Assembly: GCA_963663865.1 (NCBI GenBank)
Contig: OY760686.1
Coordinates: forward strand, 160,001 to 224,000
Direction: 5' to 3'
Length of the DNA stretch: 64,000 nucleotides
Source: Spirochaetota bacterium
GTDB lineage: Bacteria; Spirochaetota; UBA4802; UBA5550
Numbering within the stretch: position 1 is the stretch's first letter; the number at the start of each line of letters is the position of its first letter. The notes beneath the pieces were generated by a model that worked only from the letters and a program-made list of their open reading frames with translations, searched no databases and had not been told where the DNA came from. Below are positions 1-10,911 of this stretch, piece by piece. The position numbers and the translations under genes are program-made.

Positions 1-166
1 TACTTTCAAGCTGTGAGTCCCTGCTGATCAACGGCGATCTGGCGAATTCATAGAAGAACTGCCTGGTAAAAGACAGCCCTTTATTATCTTCTCCATTAGC
101 GAAAGAGATAAAGATGAGCAATGCACTAAGAGTTACTGCAGCTCTATTAATGATCCGTACTGTCAT
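1..166 (-). CDS. Partial exported hypothetical protein (runs off window start)
   Basis: Manual translation from ATG at 166: MTVRIINRAAVTLSALLIFISFANGEDNKG..., open to base 1; signal-peptide-like N-terminus; overlaps the htrA stop. Confidence 0.6.
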   Translation of the reverse strand, partial: MTVRIINRAAVTLSALLIFISFANGEDNKGLSFTRQFFYEFARSPLISRDSQLES

Positions 167-1472
167 TGCCGCCCCATTTTTTATTGAATTCGAACATCAT
201 TGAATTTCTTTCAAAAGCTACATGATAGATTCTGTAATTATATCTTTCAGCAACTCTTACAAAATCGTCAAGTGTTTGAACTCTTTTCCTATTAATTCCC
301 GAAAGGGTGTCCCCCTTTTTCAGGTCTCCCGAAAAGCTGCCCGGATACACATTTGTTATTACAGGTCTCCCGTCCGCGGAATCCTCATCCACTTCAATAC
401 CGTAACTTCTGAATATCCTTTCAAGCGCCCTGCTCAATCTGTTATAATGCTCTTTTTCACGCAGAACCAGCTTGATTTTATACAAATTCCTGTCGCGTAG
501 AAATTCAACAGCAATTCGCGAGCCTACCGGTTTTTTACCAACTATTGTTAATAATGAATTCAAACTCATAACGTGGTTTCCATCAATAGTTCGGATTATA
601 TCGCCGGCTTTTAGTCCGGCAGCCTGCGCCGGAGAATTTTTTACTACAGACATAATCTCAACGGAATCAGTATTTGAATCGGTACCTGAGGGCACCTCTT
701 TTGCGATAATGCCGAGCCACCCCCGTCTCACCTTTCCGTATCGTATTAGCTCCGAAGAAACATGCCTGACTATGGATACAGGTATGGCAAAGCTGATCCC
801 CTGGAACCCACCGGAAACAGTCCTTATTGCCGAATTCAGACCGACCATTTCGCCTTTAAGGTTTACAAGAGGACCGCCGGAATTGCCCGGATTAATCGAT
901 ACATCAGACTGAATAAAATCCTCTATATCCGCGAAACCGATGTTGTTTCTGCCGGTTGAAGAGACTATTCCACCTGTTATTGACTGTCTTAATCCGTAAG
1001 GATTGCCGATCGCAAGCACCCACTCTCCCTCACGGAGCCCTTCCTGGTCAGCGAACGTGACGGGCTTAAAATATTTTTCGTAGCCCGAATTAGCAATTTT
1101 AAGAACTGCGATGTCAGTTTTAAAATCCGCGTAGTAAAATCCATTACCGTTTATTCTCTCAAGTTCTACAGACCTGTTGTTAAAGAGGACTGCCCTGTAG
1201 TAATCGCCTTTTTCTACAACATGGCAATTGGTAACTATATGACCCGCTGTGGTAATTATAGTTCCAGTCCCGTCGGCCGTCTTCTTATATGTTTTACCCG
1301 GCCCTGTCCCCTCTGACAAGTAAACTGAAATATTGACTACTGAAGGCCTTGCCCTTTCAGCCGCGGCAATAAATGTTCTGTTTATGGATTCGGAATCCAC
1401 CTCAGAATAGGCTATTCTGCTCAGCGGCACTCCAGCAAGAATCAAAGCAATGAAAAGAATGCTTTTTTTCAT
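147..1472 (-). CDS. htrA: HtrA/DegP-family serine protease with PDZ domains
   Basis: TNCHVV, DIAVLKI and INPGNSGGPL triad motifs; GWLGI and SPAQAAGLKAGDII PDZ motifs; signal peptide. Confidence 0.92.
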   Translation of the reverse strand: MKKSILFIALILAGVPLSRIAYSEVDSESINRTFIAAAERARPSVVNISVYLSEGTGPGKTYKKTADGTGTIITTAGHIVTNCHVVEKGDYYRAVLFNNRSVELERINGNGFYYADFKTDIAVLKIANSGYEKYFKPVTFADQEGLREGEWVLAIGNPYGLRQSITGGIVSSTGRNNIGFADIEDFIQSDVSINPGNSGGPLVNLKGEMVGLNSAIRTVSGGFQGISFAIPVSIVRHVSSELIRYGKVRRGWLGIIAKEVPSGTDSNTDSVEIMSVVKNSPAQAAGLKAGDIIRTIDGNHVMSLNSLLTIVGKKPVGSRIAVEFLRDRNLYKIKLVLREKEHYNRLSRALERIFRSYGIEVDEDSADGRPVITNVYPGSFSGDLKKGDTLSGINRKRVQTLDDFVRVAERYNYRIYHVAFERNSMMFEFNKKWGGNDSTDH

Positions 1473-2833
1473 TCCGTCACCTGATCGAAATAGTATTCTT
1501 TTGACGTGATACGGTACTTTTCCAGATCTATCCGGCTGCCCCTCGGCTGTGCCGGAAATCCTCTGTCTCTTACTTTCAGCCCGGCAAAGAGCGAATAAAT
1601 ACCTACAGCTATCCCCTCGGCTATCTCCTGCCGGTGTTTTTGTAATATCATTCTGTCAAAACGTCTACTGAAATATCCAAGTTCAATAAACGGATTTACA
1701 GCATTTACGTGAATGGGCATTATCCAGGTAGAGACATAGGGTTTCCCGGGAATCATCTTCTTGTTGTCAACTCCCTTCATCCTCAGTGAATATTGAATAA
1801 ACCGTATGATTTCGTACGAGCTGTAGGCATTATCCCCCCCGAAACCCTCCTGCCCGCCGTCGCGTCTATATGATTCATAAACAGAACGCTCACGTTCCCA
1901 GAATCGGTTTTGAGGTTTAAATGACTTTATATTCGATGAATACGCCGTGCCGGACGGATGATTTTTTGCGGCTGCCTCCCAGCCCACACTGTCTCTGTAA
2001 GCCCAGTCTACCATGTTGTAGCGATACCCTTGAAAATCGTTTAAATCCGCTTGTCCTGATTTTTTTAGAGGATATCCTGTAAAATAGGCAGAGGAATCGT
2101 TCAAAAACCATCTGTAAGGCGATCTTGTCATCTTCTCGACAAACCAGTGTTTCAAGCCTTTTTCGTTACTGAATCCCGTTGATGAAATCTCGCCGCGAAG
2201 ATAACGAAATCCCTTTTCAAGAAGCCGGTACGGAGCAGCGAGAACCGGGCTCATGCCGGGGTAGTCGGCTGGCGCGGCGCTTGCCATGTGAATGGATACG
2301 ACCAGATGCGGCCTCTGCCGATTGATACGGCTCAACCTTCCATGTTTCATCTCGCCGGTTTTTCTGTCAGGGTAATCGAAGAAACGGAACTCGGCATTAG
2401 GATCTGCCATTCCTTCTGCTTCATCTTTTGGAATGCAGGGGCCCCTGCTGATAGACGTATTTAGAGTGACTCGCCTCCCGTCTGAGACTCCATAGCGGCT
2501 CAATACCTTTTGAAATTTTCCAAAATCACCGTGATTACCACAGTCTTTCAGAATCTCAACGGCTCTGCGTGCAATATCGTATGCGATAACGCTTTCCCGC
2601 ATTCCGTGTGTCTCGGCCCCCGGCCGATAGAAATCAAGATATGAACATGTAATAGAATCGTAGCGGTCTCCGTGCATGCCAACAGGAAGCTTCAAAACCC
2701 CGCCATGCCCCGGATCAAGAACAACCCTGTATTCCGGGAATTCATGCTCTGCAAGCTTTTCAGGAATAAAAAAAAGCAAAATCGCGGCAAACGCCGCAGT
2801 AAAAGAAAAAATCTGTTTTGTACCAATCTTCAT
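1469..2833 (-). CDS. N-acetylmuramoyl-L-alanine amidase (Amidase_3-like)
   Basis: VVLDPGHGG, LVVSIH and FIELGY zinc-amidase motifs; N-terminal signal/TM. Confidence 0.8.
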   Translation of the reverse strand: MKIGTKQIFSFTAAFAAILLFFIPEKLAEHEFPEYRVVLDPGHGGVLKLPVGMHGDRYDSITCSYLDFYRPGAETHGMRESVIAYDIARRAVEILKDCGNHGDFGKFQKVLSRYGVSDGRRVTLNTSISRGPCIPKDEAEGMADPNAEFRFFDYPDRKTGEMKHGRLSRINRQRPHLVVSIHMASAAPADYPGMSPVLAAPYRLLEKGFRYLRGEISSTGFSNEKGLKHWFVEKMTRSPYRWFLNDSSAYFTGYPLKKSGQADLNDFQGYRYNMVDWAYRDSVGWEAAAKNHPSGTAYSSNIKSFKPQNRFWERERSVYESYRRDGGQEGFGGDNAYSSYEIIRFIQYSLRMKGVDNKKMIPGKPYVSTWIMPIHVNAVNPFIELGYFSRRFDRMILQKHRQEIAEGIAVGIYSLFAGLKVRDRGFPAQPRGSRIDLEKYRITSKEYYFDQVTE

Positions 2834-2862
2834 AACTGTTCTAATTAAACTCTATATATAAC

Positions 2863-2888
2863 AAAAAAGGGAGGCATGCCCCCCTTTT
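2863..2888 (-). terminator. Probable intrinsic terminator
   Basis: AAAAAAGGGAGGC-AT-GCCCCCCTTTT hairpin with A/T tails downstream of the 2912-3700 gene. Confidence 0.55.
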
Positions 2889-2911
2889 CAGTCACTGTTG
2901 TATATCGGATA

Positions 2912-3700
2912 TTATTCGCCGGCTTTAACAGCTGTATCCGGATTGAGAATTCTGTTTAAATTGTCAGCCTTATGAACCTTGTACTTGTCCTCGACTGCCT
3001 TGATTTCGTCAGGCTTGGACAGTCCCTCTACAATCTTGATACCGTATGTCTTGGCGACACGAGTGTGATAGATCGAAGTCTCATACTCCTTGTTGACTGC
3101 CGCTTCCATAGCATCGTCAAGCTGTCCGTAGGCTATTCTCAGTCTCATCTGATTATGATGTAATTCCCTGTTTTTATTAGGATCTGAGCGGGTCTTTTCA
3201 TCAAGATGTAAAAGCATCACTCTTGTGGCACAATCAGATAGAAGATCGTTTGCAGCTTTTGTGTAATCATCACTGATTTTCTTCATGAGATCGGAGATGT
3301 CCTTCTTGTTCGTCTCAAATTCAACTCTTGCATAGATGATGTTTCTTTTGTAAAAGAGCTCCATCGCCTTTTTATAGCCTGCATAGCACTTCTGATAGTC
3401 GCCTTCCCATCCCTTATCCTTAAAATTGGACACAATAACTTTAAGAAGGTAAATCTGCTCAAGATTTTTCTTCATAAGCTTTTCAACGACATCGTGGGCA
3501 TGGAACTTGGCGAGATATGAATCCTCAGGCCTGCTTGCCTCATCATACTTGGTTGAGCTGTAACTGCCGTCAGGATTCTTTGTTACCTCTTCCTGTTTTT
3601 CCTGGGCTGGCTGCGCCTGCTGAGCTGAAACAGTTACGCTGATGGAGAATGCCGCGATAAGTAATAATGAGAATACCTTTATCCCCTTACTGATCTTCAT
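2912..3700 (-). CDS. Exported alpha-helical hypothetical protein (possibly OmpL37/Lsa25.6-like)
   Basis: Likely start MKISKGIK at 3700 with an AGGAG RBS; signal peptide ending VSA-QQ; family resemblance is weak and from memory. Confidence 0.6.
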   Translation of the reverse strand: MKISKGIKVFSLLLIAAFSISVTVSAQQAQPAQEKQEEVTKNPDGSYSSTKYDEASRPEDSYLAKFHAHDVVEKLMKKNLEQIYLLKVIVSNFKDKGWEGDYQKCYAGYKKAMELFYKRNIIYARVEFETNKKDISDLMKKISDDYTKAANDLLSDCATRVMLLHLDEKTRSDPNKNRELHHNQMRLRIAYGQLDDAMEAAVNKEYETSIYHTRVAKTYGIKIVEGLSKPDEIKAVEDKYKVHKADNLNRILNPDTAVKAGE

Positions 3701-3843
3701 AATCCGACTCCTGATATTGACATAGTTGTACCGATTGGGCTTCCATGCCCTGATACGCAATTATTAGTGATATTATAAATTATCAATTAGATATAAGCAA
3801 CTGATTTTTTCTTTGTTTACAAAATTAATAGTTAAAAAAACTC

Positions 3844-5577
3844 TCAGGAGGTCTTCTTCATCATTATAGCTATGAGAAATGACATAATCACACATCCGCC
3901 CCCCATTATTGCTGCGCCGAGATAGTCGCCCAGAATCAGACTGCCCGTGCCAAAAAGAGCTGCGTACACAAGGGCAATCCCTGAAATCCAGCATACAAGA
4001 AGGTAGGGAATCGTTGATTTACCCTCGCTGATACAGAGCCTTCTGCGTATTCTCGACCATCCCGGCCCCTCGGGCCTGACTCTGAGATAGAAAGAAGCGA
4101 GTATATTATCCGAGACAGGTTTAGTAACAAGCATAGCCGATATCCAGCATATCGTAGTAAACGCCACCACAAAGAAAAAGCGTTCGGGGAATTCCATTCC
4201 AAAAAGAAACGTGGCAGCCGCAAAACCTGCCGCAGGAGCAATCATGGATACAATCTCGGCCCAGGCGTTAATACGCCACCAGTACCAGCGTAAAATCAGC
4301 ACAAGGCCCATACCCGCACCGCATTCTATTAGAAATGACCAGGCCCCCGAGATCGACTCAATTACAAAAATCAGCATACTCGATAGAGCGACAAGAAGCA
4401 TTGTTACAAGCCTTGAAACCCTCACATAGTGCCTTTCGTCAGCATCAGGCTTCACGAACCTCCTGTACAGGTCGTTTACAATATATGAGCTTCCCCAGTT
4501 AAGATGAGTCGATATGGTTGACATATACGCCGCGAGAAAGGCGGCAACAAGAAGGCCAAGCAGTCCGGACGGGAGATGGTCTCTCATTGCCATTACAAAT
4601 CCCGCCTTCCTGTCGGCCCCTTCAAGCCCCGGATACAAGACAAGCGCCGCAAGAGCGACAAGTATCCATGGCCATGGCCTTAAAGCGTAGTGTGCTATCG
4701 AGAACCAGAGCACTGACAGCCTGGCGTGTTTTTCGTCCTTTGCTGACATCATCTTCTGAGCCACATACCCGCCGCCTCCGGGCTCCGCTCCCGGATAATA
4801 TGACGCCCACCACTGCACCGCGATATGCGCGATGAAGGCCGAGAAAGACAGGGACAGCAAGCCTGCCGCCGCACTGCCTCCCGACAGATCAGGGAAAAAT
4901 GAGAATGTCTCGGGAGGCAGCGCGGCTTTCAGCCCGGATACGCCTCCTACCTCAGGCAGTCCAAGCACAATGACCGCAAGAGCGATGCAGCCGCCCATGG
5001 CGATAATGAACTGGAAAGCGTCAGTGAGGACAATCCCCCACTGTCCCGCAAGCGCCGAGTAGAGTCCCACGAACAGCATCGCCCCTATTATGATAAAAAA
5101 AAGCAGCGTACCTTCTACGCCGAATATAACCTTAAGGATTTCCGCAAGGGCTACATTAACCCAGCCCATTATGAGGCAGTTCATAAAGACGCCCAGATAG
5201 ACGGCCTTAAACCCCCGCAAAAATGCGGCCGGCTTACCGGAATACCTGATTTCAATAAATTCAACGTCGGTCATAATATCAGCCCGGCGCCACAGCGCGG
5301 CGAAAAAGAAAACGGTGAGGATATTGCCCGCAAGCATATTCCACCAGAGCCAGTTCCCGGCAATGCCCCCCGAGGCGACAAGCTCTGTGACTGCAAGAGG
5401 CGTGTCGGCGGCAAATGTAGTAGCGACCATTGCCGTACCCGCGATCCACCAGGGCAGCTTTCGGCCGGAGAGAAAAAACTCCTCTCTGCTCCTTCCGGCG
5501 CGTTTTGTCATGAGAAGGCCTATTGTCAGGCTTATGAGAAAATACAGTCCTATGACCGCTGAATCAAGCAGGCTCAT
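3844..5577 (-). CDS. Sodium:solute symporter family protein
   Basis: EFFLSGRKLPWW, ATTFAADTPL and AAYMSTISTHLNWG motifs; many TM helices. Confidence 0.9.
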   Translation of the reverse strand: MSLLDSAVIGLYFLISLTIGLLMTKRAGRSREEFFLSGRKLPWWIAGTAMVATTFAADTPLAVTELVASGGIAGNWLWWNMLAGNILTVFFFAALWRRADIMTDVEFIEIRYSGKPAAFLRGFKAVYLGVFMNCLIMGWVNVALAEILKVIFGVEGTLLFFIIIGAMLFVGLYSALAGQWGIVLTDAFQFIIAMGGCIALAVIVLGLPEVGGVSGLKAALPPETFSFFPDLSGGSAAAGLLSLSFSAFIAHIAVQWWASYYPGAEPGGGGYVAQKMMSAKDEKHARLSVLWFSIAHYALRPWPWILVALAALVLYPGLEGADRKAGFVMAMRDHLPSGLLGLLVAAFLAAYMSTISTHLNWGSSYIVNDLYRRFVKPDADERHYVRVSRLVTMLLVALSSMLIFVIESISGAWSFLIECGAGMGLVLILRWYWWRINAWAEIVSMIAPAAGFAAATFLFGMEFPERFFFVVAFTTICWISAMLVTKPVSDNILASFYLRVRPEGPGWSRIRRRLCISEGKSTIPYLLVCWISGIALVYAALFGTGSLILGDYLGAAIMGGGCVIMSFLIAIMMKKTS

Positions 5578-5614
5578 GGCTTCTCCCGGATAATGTTATT
5601 TTAGGAAACGAGGC

Positions 5615-6070
5615 TCAGCGTTCCCTGTAATAGAGATCGACGTCGAAGCCGCCAAAGCTTGAAAGAAAAGACACATTTATGTTATCGTAGAGTGCCTTCA
5701 TCGAAATAGGGTCTTCATTGTACTCGGGAGGGGAAAGCGTTATGTCATGGTTGTAGTATTGAAGCTGATTGGCGAATGTTCCAGTAATGAGGTTGGCAAT
5801 CTCGCCGGCAACATCTCCGTAGTGGCTCTTCAGGCTTCCCTTGCCGGAGCCGCCCACGAACTTTTTGGTTATCAGGTTGAGTGTATTTTTGGGAAGATTG
5901 ATGATTATTTCACCGCTGAGCGTTCCATCAATCTCAACTGCAACCTGATGAGCGTCTACGTCAGACTGCGACTCGTAGACCTCTTCAACAGATGTATCGT
6001 CAAGGAATCTCTTGAAAATATGGTTCACTGACCGCACTATGAATTTTGAATATTTGTCTTCAATTCCCAT
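5615..6070 (-). CDS. cheX: Chemotaxis phosphatase CheX family
   Basis: DVAGEIANLITG (ExxN) motif and ITLSPP. Confidence 0.8.
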   Translation of the reverse strand: MGIEDKYSKFIVRSVNHIFKRFLDDTSVEEVYESQSDVDAHQVAVEIDGTLSGEIIINLPKNTLNLITKKFVGGSGKGSLKSHYGDVAGEIANLITGTFANQLQYYNHDITLSPPEYNEDPISMKALYDNINVSFLSSFGGFDVDLYYRER

Positions 6071-6182
6071 TCTATTCCCTCAAAATGCAGCTTGTATAGC
6101 CCGCTCTTGCTGAAATTCAAGCACATTTTATGTCACATAATCATATTTTTAGGGATGGGGGGATAATGACCCGCCCCGCAAA

Positions 6183-8810
6183 TCAGCTCACCGCGTTTTC
6201 TACAAAACCCTCTGCCGCCTGAAGCGCCCCGGATATGCCGGCAGGATTCTTACCGCCGGCCTGCGCCATGTCCGGCCTGCCGCCGCCTCCGCCTCCGACA
6301 AGAGCCGCTGTCTGCTTCATCGCCTTGCCGCAGTCAAATCCGGCTTTTACCGCGCTTGACGTGGCAGCATAAACCAGAATGGCCTTCCCGTCATACTCTG
6401 AACCAAGGCATACTACTGAATCCGGAAGCTTCTCTCTGACCGCGTCAGCAAGAGACTTCAATTCGTTCCCGTCCGCGCCGGATAAGGCCTGAGATACAAA
6501 CTTCACCGGGCCTATACTCTTCGCCGAAGCAATAAGCGAATCAGCCGCTGACGCAGCGTCGTTGCCCTTCAGCTTCTTAATTTCCTTTTCGAGGCCTCTC
6601 AGCCTTTCCTGAATCTCCGCTATCCTCTTAAGCGCGTCCCTTTCTGAAATGTTAAGCGCGGAACATATCTCTTCCGAGAAGCGCTCTCTTTCCTTGTAAC
6701 GCTCAAGAACTCCTCTGAGGGTAGCAGCCTCTATCCTTCTTACGCCGGCGCCCGGAGACATCTCTCTCAGGATTGAGAATACTCCGATTTTACCTGTATT
6801 TGAGACGTGAGTCCCGCCGCAGAGCTCCTTGCTGAAACCTTCGACCGAAACGACCCTTACTGTGTCCTCATATTTTTCGTCAAAGACCGCCATTGCTCCG
6901 CTCTCGACGGCTTTTTCAAGAGGCATTATCTCAGTGCCTACTTCCCTGTTCTCCCAGATCTTTCTGTTAACCAGCTCTTCCACTCTGTATATTTCTTCAT
7001 CCGTCATTGCCGAAAAGTGTGAAAAGTCAAAGCGCATCTTCTCAGAATCAACGATTGAACCGGCCTGTTTAACATGCTCACCGAGAACCTTTCTCAGCGC
7101 CGCCTGAAGAAGATGCGTGGCTGTGTGGTTTGCCCTTATCAGGTTTCTGTTTACTGAGTCAATTTCCGCTGTAACCTGCTGCCCTTTTTTTAACTTACCC
7201 GACTCAAGCTCTCCAAGATGGATGACAGTGCGATGATTTTTCTTCGTGTCGAGTACCCTGAATCTGGCGCCGTCAGCCGCGATTACGCCGATATCCCCCA
7301 CCTGACCACCGGACTCGCCATAGAAAGGAGTCCTGTCAAGAACGAGAAATGCCCTTCGTCCCGGCTCAATGATATCTGAAGCTCCGTCTTCGGTATAGAT
7401 CGCGGATATTTTAGATTGCGCCGTTTCATCAGCATAGCCTGTAAAGACGGTATCTCCGCACTGTTTTGCGGCCTCGTCGAAAAAGCGTTCGAGCCCCTCG
7501 TCACCGGCCTTCCAGCTTTGACGGCCGCGCTCCCTCTGGCTTTCCATCTCAGCTTCGAAGCCTTCGCGGTCGACCGGAACTCCCCTTTCAGCAGCTATCT
7601 CGGCAGTCATCTCATAAGGGAAGCCAAAGGTGTCATAGAGCACAAATGCGTCTCTGCCGGAAAGCCTTGAACCAGAGCCCGGCTCTATCCCCGAAAGGAT
7701 CGAATCAAGACGCGACATCCCGTTCTCAATCGTATCGAGAAACCTCTTCTCCTCCGATTCGATTACCGACTTGATATTACTTGCCGACTGAGCCAGTTCA
7801 GGATAGAATTCTCCCATTATGCTGACAACAGGGTCTACAATCCTGTAGATAAACGGTTCTTTAATGCCAAGCTGTCTGCTGTACCTGAGGGCGCGCCTGA
7901 GAATTCTTCTGAGAACATAGCCCCTTCCTTCATTCGAAGGATATATCCCGTCAGTCATCGCGAAGGACAATGACCGCGCGTGTTCTGCCATTACCCTCAT
8001 CGGCACAACAGCATCGCCTTCATACTTTATGCCGGACTCCGAAGCAATGAACTCGGTCAGAGTCTTAAACTCGTCAGTTTCGTAGACTGAATCGACACCC
8101 TGAAGCAGCGTCGCAAGCCGCTCAAGCCCCATGCCGGTATCAATTCCTGTTCGAGGCAGGGGGTTGAGGTTTCCGTTTATATCCTGATTGAACTGATTAA
8201 ACACGAGGTTCCAGTACTCCATGAAACGCTCACACTCGCAGCCGGGCTTGCAGTCATCGAAACCGCACCCGAATTCGGGCCCCCTGTCAATGTAAAGCTC
8301 CGAACAGGGACCGCAGGCCCCGCTGTCGCCGGCAGGACCCCAGAAGTTATCTGCCTTCCCGAGCCGAACGATTTTATGTTCAGGTACGCCAATATCATTT
8401 TTCCAAATCCCGAAGGCCTCATCATCATCTTCATATATTGAAACCCAGATTTTTTCGCTGTTAATACCCATAACTGAGGTCGAAAAATCCCACGCAAATT
8501 CAATGGCCTCTTTTTTAAAGTAATCTCCGAAGGAGAAATTCCCGAGCATTTCAAAGAAAGTAAGGTGCCTCTTTGTTTTACCGACATTTTCAAGATCGCT
8601 TGTGCGGAGGCATTTTTGAACCGAGGCCGCCCTTGTGTACTCAAGCTCAACCGTACCTGCGAACATCGGCTTAAACTGGACCATCCCCGCTGTAGTAAAC
8701 AGAAGAGTGGGATCATCCTTCGGCAAAAGAGAACTCGACGGCACAATTTTATGGCCTTTCTCTTTAAAGTATTCCACAAAAGACTTTCTCAAATCCATAA
8801 CAGTCAGCAT
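6183..8810 (-). CDS. alaS: Alanine--tRNA ligase
   Basis: DPTLLFTTAGMVQFK, IDTGMGLERL, HTATHLL, ELCGGTHV, GGGGGRPDMAQAGG. Confidence 0.98.
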   Translation of the reverse strand: MLTVMDLRKSFVEYFKEKGHKIVPSSSLLPKDDPTLLFTTAGMVQFKPMFAGTVELEYTRAASVQKCLRTSDLENVGKTKRHLTFFEMLGNFSFGDYFKKEAIEFAWDFSTSVMGINSEKIWVSIYEDDDEAFGIWKNDIGVPEHKIVRLGKADNFWGPAGDSGACGPCSELYIDRGPEFGCGFDDCKPGCECERFMEYWNLVFNQFNQDINGNLNPLPRTGIDTGMGLERLATLLQGVDSVYETDEFKTLTEFIASESGIKYEGDAVVPMRVMAEHARSLSFAMTDGIYPSNEGRGYVLRRILRRALRYSRQLGIKEPFIYRIVDPVVSIMGEFYPELAQSASNIKSVIESEEKRFLDTIENGMSRLDSILSGIEPGSGSRLSGRDAFVLYDTFGFPYEMTAEIAAERGVPVDREGFEAEMESQRERGRQSWKAGDEGLERFFDEAAKQCGDTVFTGYADETAQSKISAIYTEDGASDIIEPGRRAFLVLDRTPFYGESGGQVGDIGVIAADGARFRVLDTKKNHRTVIHLGELESGKLKKGQQVTAEIDSVNRNLIRANHTATHLLQAALRKVLGEHVKQAGSIVDSEKMRFDFSHFSAMTDEEIYRVEELVNRKIWENREVGTEIMPLEKAVESGAMAVFDEKYEDTVRVVSVEGFSKELCGGTHVSNTGKIGVFSILREMSPGAGVRRIEAATLRGVLERYKERERFSEEICSALNISERDALKRIAEIQERLRGLEKEIKKLKGNDAASAADSLIASAKSIGPVKFVSQALSGADGNELKSLADAVREKLPDSVVCLGSEYDGKAILVYAATSSAVKAGFDCGKAMKQTAALVGGGGGGRPDMAQAGGKNPAGISGALQAAEGFVENAVS

Positions 8811-8917
8811 TGATTATTACCTCATTATATTCCATCCGCTGGCTGTTCACGACGTTTCTGCGAGACTGCCGCGGCGGCGTTTATTGCTATTTTTTCATCC
8901 GTCCCTGACACGGGCAT

Positions 8918-9580
8918 TTAATCTTCGGATGAGCTTGATTTCATCTCAGAGCTGATGCGGTTTACGGCCCTGTTAACATCATCAGGCTTAAAGCCTCTCT
9001 GGAAAAGATACATCCGCAGGCTCTGTAAAGGGTCCTTTTTACGCGCGTACAGCCTGAGCCGTTTTTCAGCCAGGGCACGTATTATTTCCTGCTCATCGCT
9101 TGTTGATGCTATAAGGTCAAGCACCCCGGTAATTATGGCGCTATCGATGCCCTTTTGCTGAAGCTCCATCCTTACCCTGACAGGGCCGACAGATTTTGAG
9201 AGGATTTTCACCTCGGCGTAACGTTTGGCGAACTCGTAATCGTCGAGATATCCGGCCTTCTTCAGCTTTTCAACAACTTGCGATGATATTTCCAGTCTGA
9301 ATCCCTTTCTCTGGAAGTAGTCATTCATCTCCTTAACCGACCTCGACCGGAAAGAGAGAAAACGCATACCTGCCGAGAGGCATTTAAGGCTTTCAGATTC
9401 GTCCTGAAGCGCTCCCAGCATCGAGAGGTCAACTGCCGAGCCTCTGGTCAGTCCGAGCGCATTTACAGCCTCTGGCCTGACCCTGAACTCCTCACCGGAG
9501 TCCAGCTTCACTGAGGCGCTCGACGAAGTGCAGGTTATTTCAGATACAGCGAAACATGCGCCCGAAGATTGATCTTCCAT
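8918..9580 (-). CDS. recX: Regulatory protein RecX
   Basis: LSFRSRSVKEM, GYLDDYEFA, GPVRVRMELQQKGI, LFQRGF; located upstream of alaS. Confidence 0.88.
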   Translation of the reverse strand: MEDQSSGACFAVSEITCTSSSASVKLDSGEEFRVRPEAVNALGLTRGSAVDLSMLGALQDESESLKCLSAGMRFLSFRSRSVKEMNDYFQRKGFRLEISSQVVEKLKKAGYLDDYEFAKRYAEVKILSKSVGPVRVRMELQQKGIDSAIITGVLDLIASTSDEQEIIRALAEKRLRLYARKKDPLQSLRMYLFQRGFKPDDVNRAVNRISSEMKSSSSED

Positions 9581-9724
9581 GGCTTATAGACGTCATTATC
9601 GCTTTTTATGTCAATTTATTTTCAGGCCGGGGATATGCTGACGGGAACAGGCGGCAAAGCCCTGTCGGTAATAGGGCTAAATCCGGAACGCCGCTTTCCA
9701 CGGCGGACCGGATTTGATGCAGCT

Positions 9725-10363
9725 TTAGTTTCTGCCCTGCTCTGCAAGCTCAAGGGCTTTAGATTTTGTAATGTCATCACCCTCAATCGTGTAAACATAT
9801 GAGGCTACATGACCGAATTTGACGCTTTTATTCATTAAATAGACAATCTTCTGCTCAACGCCTTCATTAACCTGTGAATAGGCAAGCGGAGTCACATTGA
9901 AAGTCCCGGCTCCAACCGTAATCCTTGAAGGAATTTCAAGTTTGCTTTTTTCAGCGGCAGTCAGACTTGTCGGCTTAAGATATGACACGTCGCCAGGAGC
10001 AGCCACCTTGAGCGGTGTCCTTTCGGCTCCGTCAACCAGAAACGCGCTTGATACGTTACCCGCCCTGTCTGCGTTCATCTCAAATGTAACCTTGCCCATT
10101 TCACCAATTCCGGGAATTATTACACCGGTTTCAATTCTGATAACGTACAGACTGCCTTTTTTCGAAACTATAGAGTATTTTGCGTAGGACTGCTGCTCAT
10201 CACCGCCTTTCAGCAGCGCGTAGTCGCCCACACGCGGATTCGAATGCAATACGATTTTGTTCGCTACCGGCGTGTCCTTCACAGCGCTCTTGATAATGGC
10301 GCTTAAGCAGCCCGTCCCGAATAGAAATGCTGAAATCAGCACAGCACAAGAGATTTTTTTCAT
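9725..10363 (-). CDS. Hypothetical lipoprotein
   Basis: Lipobox LFGTGC after MKK; ITVGAGTF motif; downstream hairpin at 9679-9716. Confidence 0.7.
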   Translation of the reverse strand: MKKISCAVLISAFLFGTGCLSAIIKSAVKDTPVANKIVLHSNPRVGDYALLKGGDEQQSYAKYSIVSKKGSLYVIRIETGVIIPGIGEMGKVTFEMNADRAGNVSSAFLVDGAERTPLKVAAPGDVSYLKPTSLTAAEKSKLEIPSRITVGAGTFNVTPLAYSQVNEGVEQKIVYLMNKSVKFGHVASYVYTIEGDDITKSKALELAEQGRN

Positions 10364-10447
10364 GCTTCTCTCCTCTTTTTATTTTTTGATATACTCTTTA
10401 TTAAGCACATACACTGATTTTGACAACCATATAACGCACTCCGGGCC

Positions 10448-10478
10448 AAAAAAAAGGGCGCCATTCGGCGCCCCTTTT
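10448..10478 (-). terminator. Intrinsic terminator of rplM-rpsI
   Basis: A8-GGGCGCC-ATTC-GGCGCCC-CTTTT. Confidence 0.8.
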
Positions 10479-10498
10479 GCTGTTTCTTTTGTAATTGA

Positions 10499-10888
10499 TT
10501 AACGTTTTGAGAACTGGAATTTCTTTCTTGCCTTTTTTTGACCGGGCTTCTTTCTTTCGACCTTTCTTGCATCCCTTGTCAGGAATCCTCCGGTACGGAG
10601 CGCCTTTTTGTCGTTTTCGTTAGCCAGTACAAGGCATCTCGCGATTCCCATTCGAACCGCTCCCGCCTGTCCCGACCAGCCGCCGCCGCAGACATTAACC
10701 GCGACATCATAATTTTCAAGCTTGCCGACATATTCAAGAGGCTGGCGTACGATTAGCCCCAGAGTTCCTCTTCTGAAGTACTCATCAGCGGGAAGCTTAT
10801 TTATAGTTATATTACCGTTTCCCGGCTTAAGCCATACTCTGGCAACAGATGTCTTTCTTCTTCCGGTAGCGTATAGTTGTTCAGCCAT
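10499..10888 (-). CDS. rpsI: 30S ribosomal protein S9
   Basis: [12 protein letters not shown]...RKKFQFSKR. Confidence 0.99.
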   Translation of the reverse strand: MAEQLYATGRRKTSVARVWLKPGNGNITINKLPADEYFRRGTLGLIVRQPLEYVGKLENYDVAVNVCGGGWSGQAGAVRMGIARCLVLANENDKKALRTGGFLTRDARKVERKKPGQKKARKKFQFSKR

Positions 10889-10911
10889 TTTTATCTTCTC
10901 CTCTGATTAGC

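Noticed and set aside
8918-9580. recX-alaS without adjacent recA
   Set aside because: Separation of recX from recA is common; not informative.
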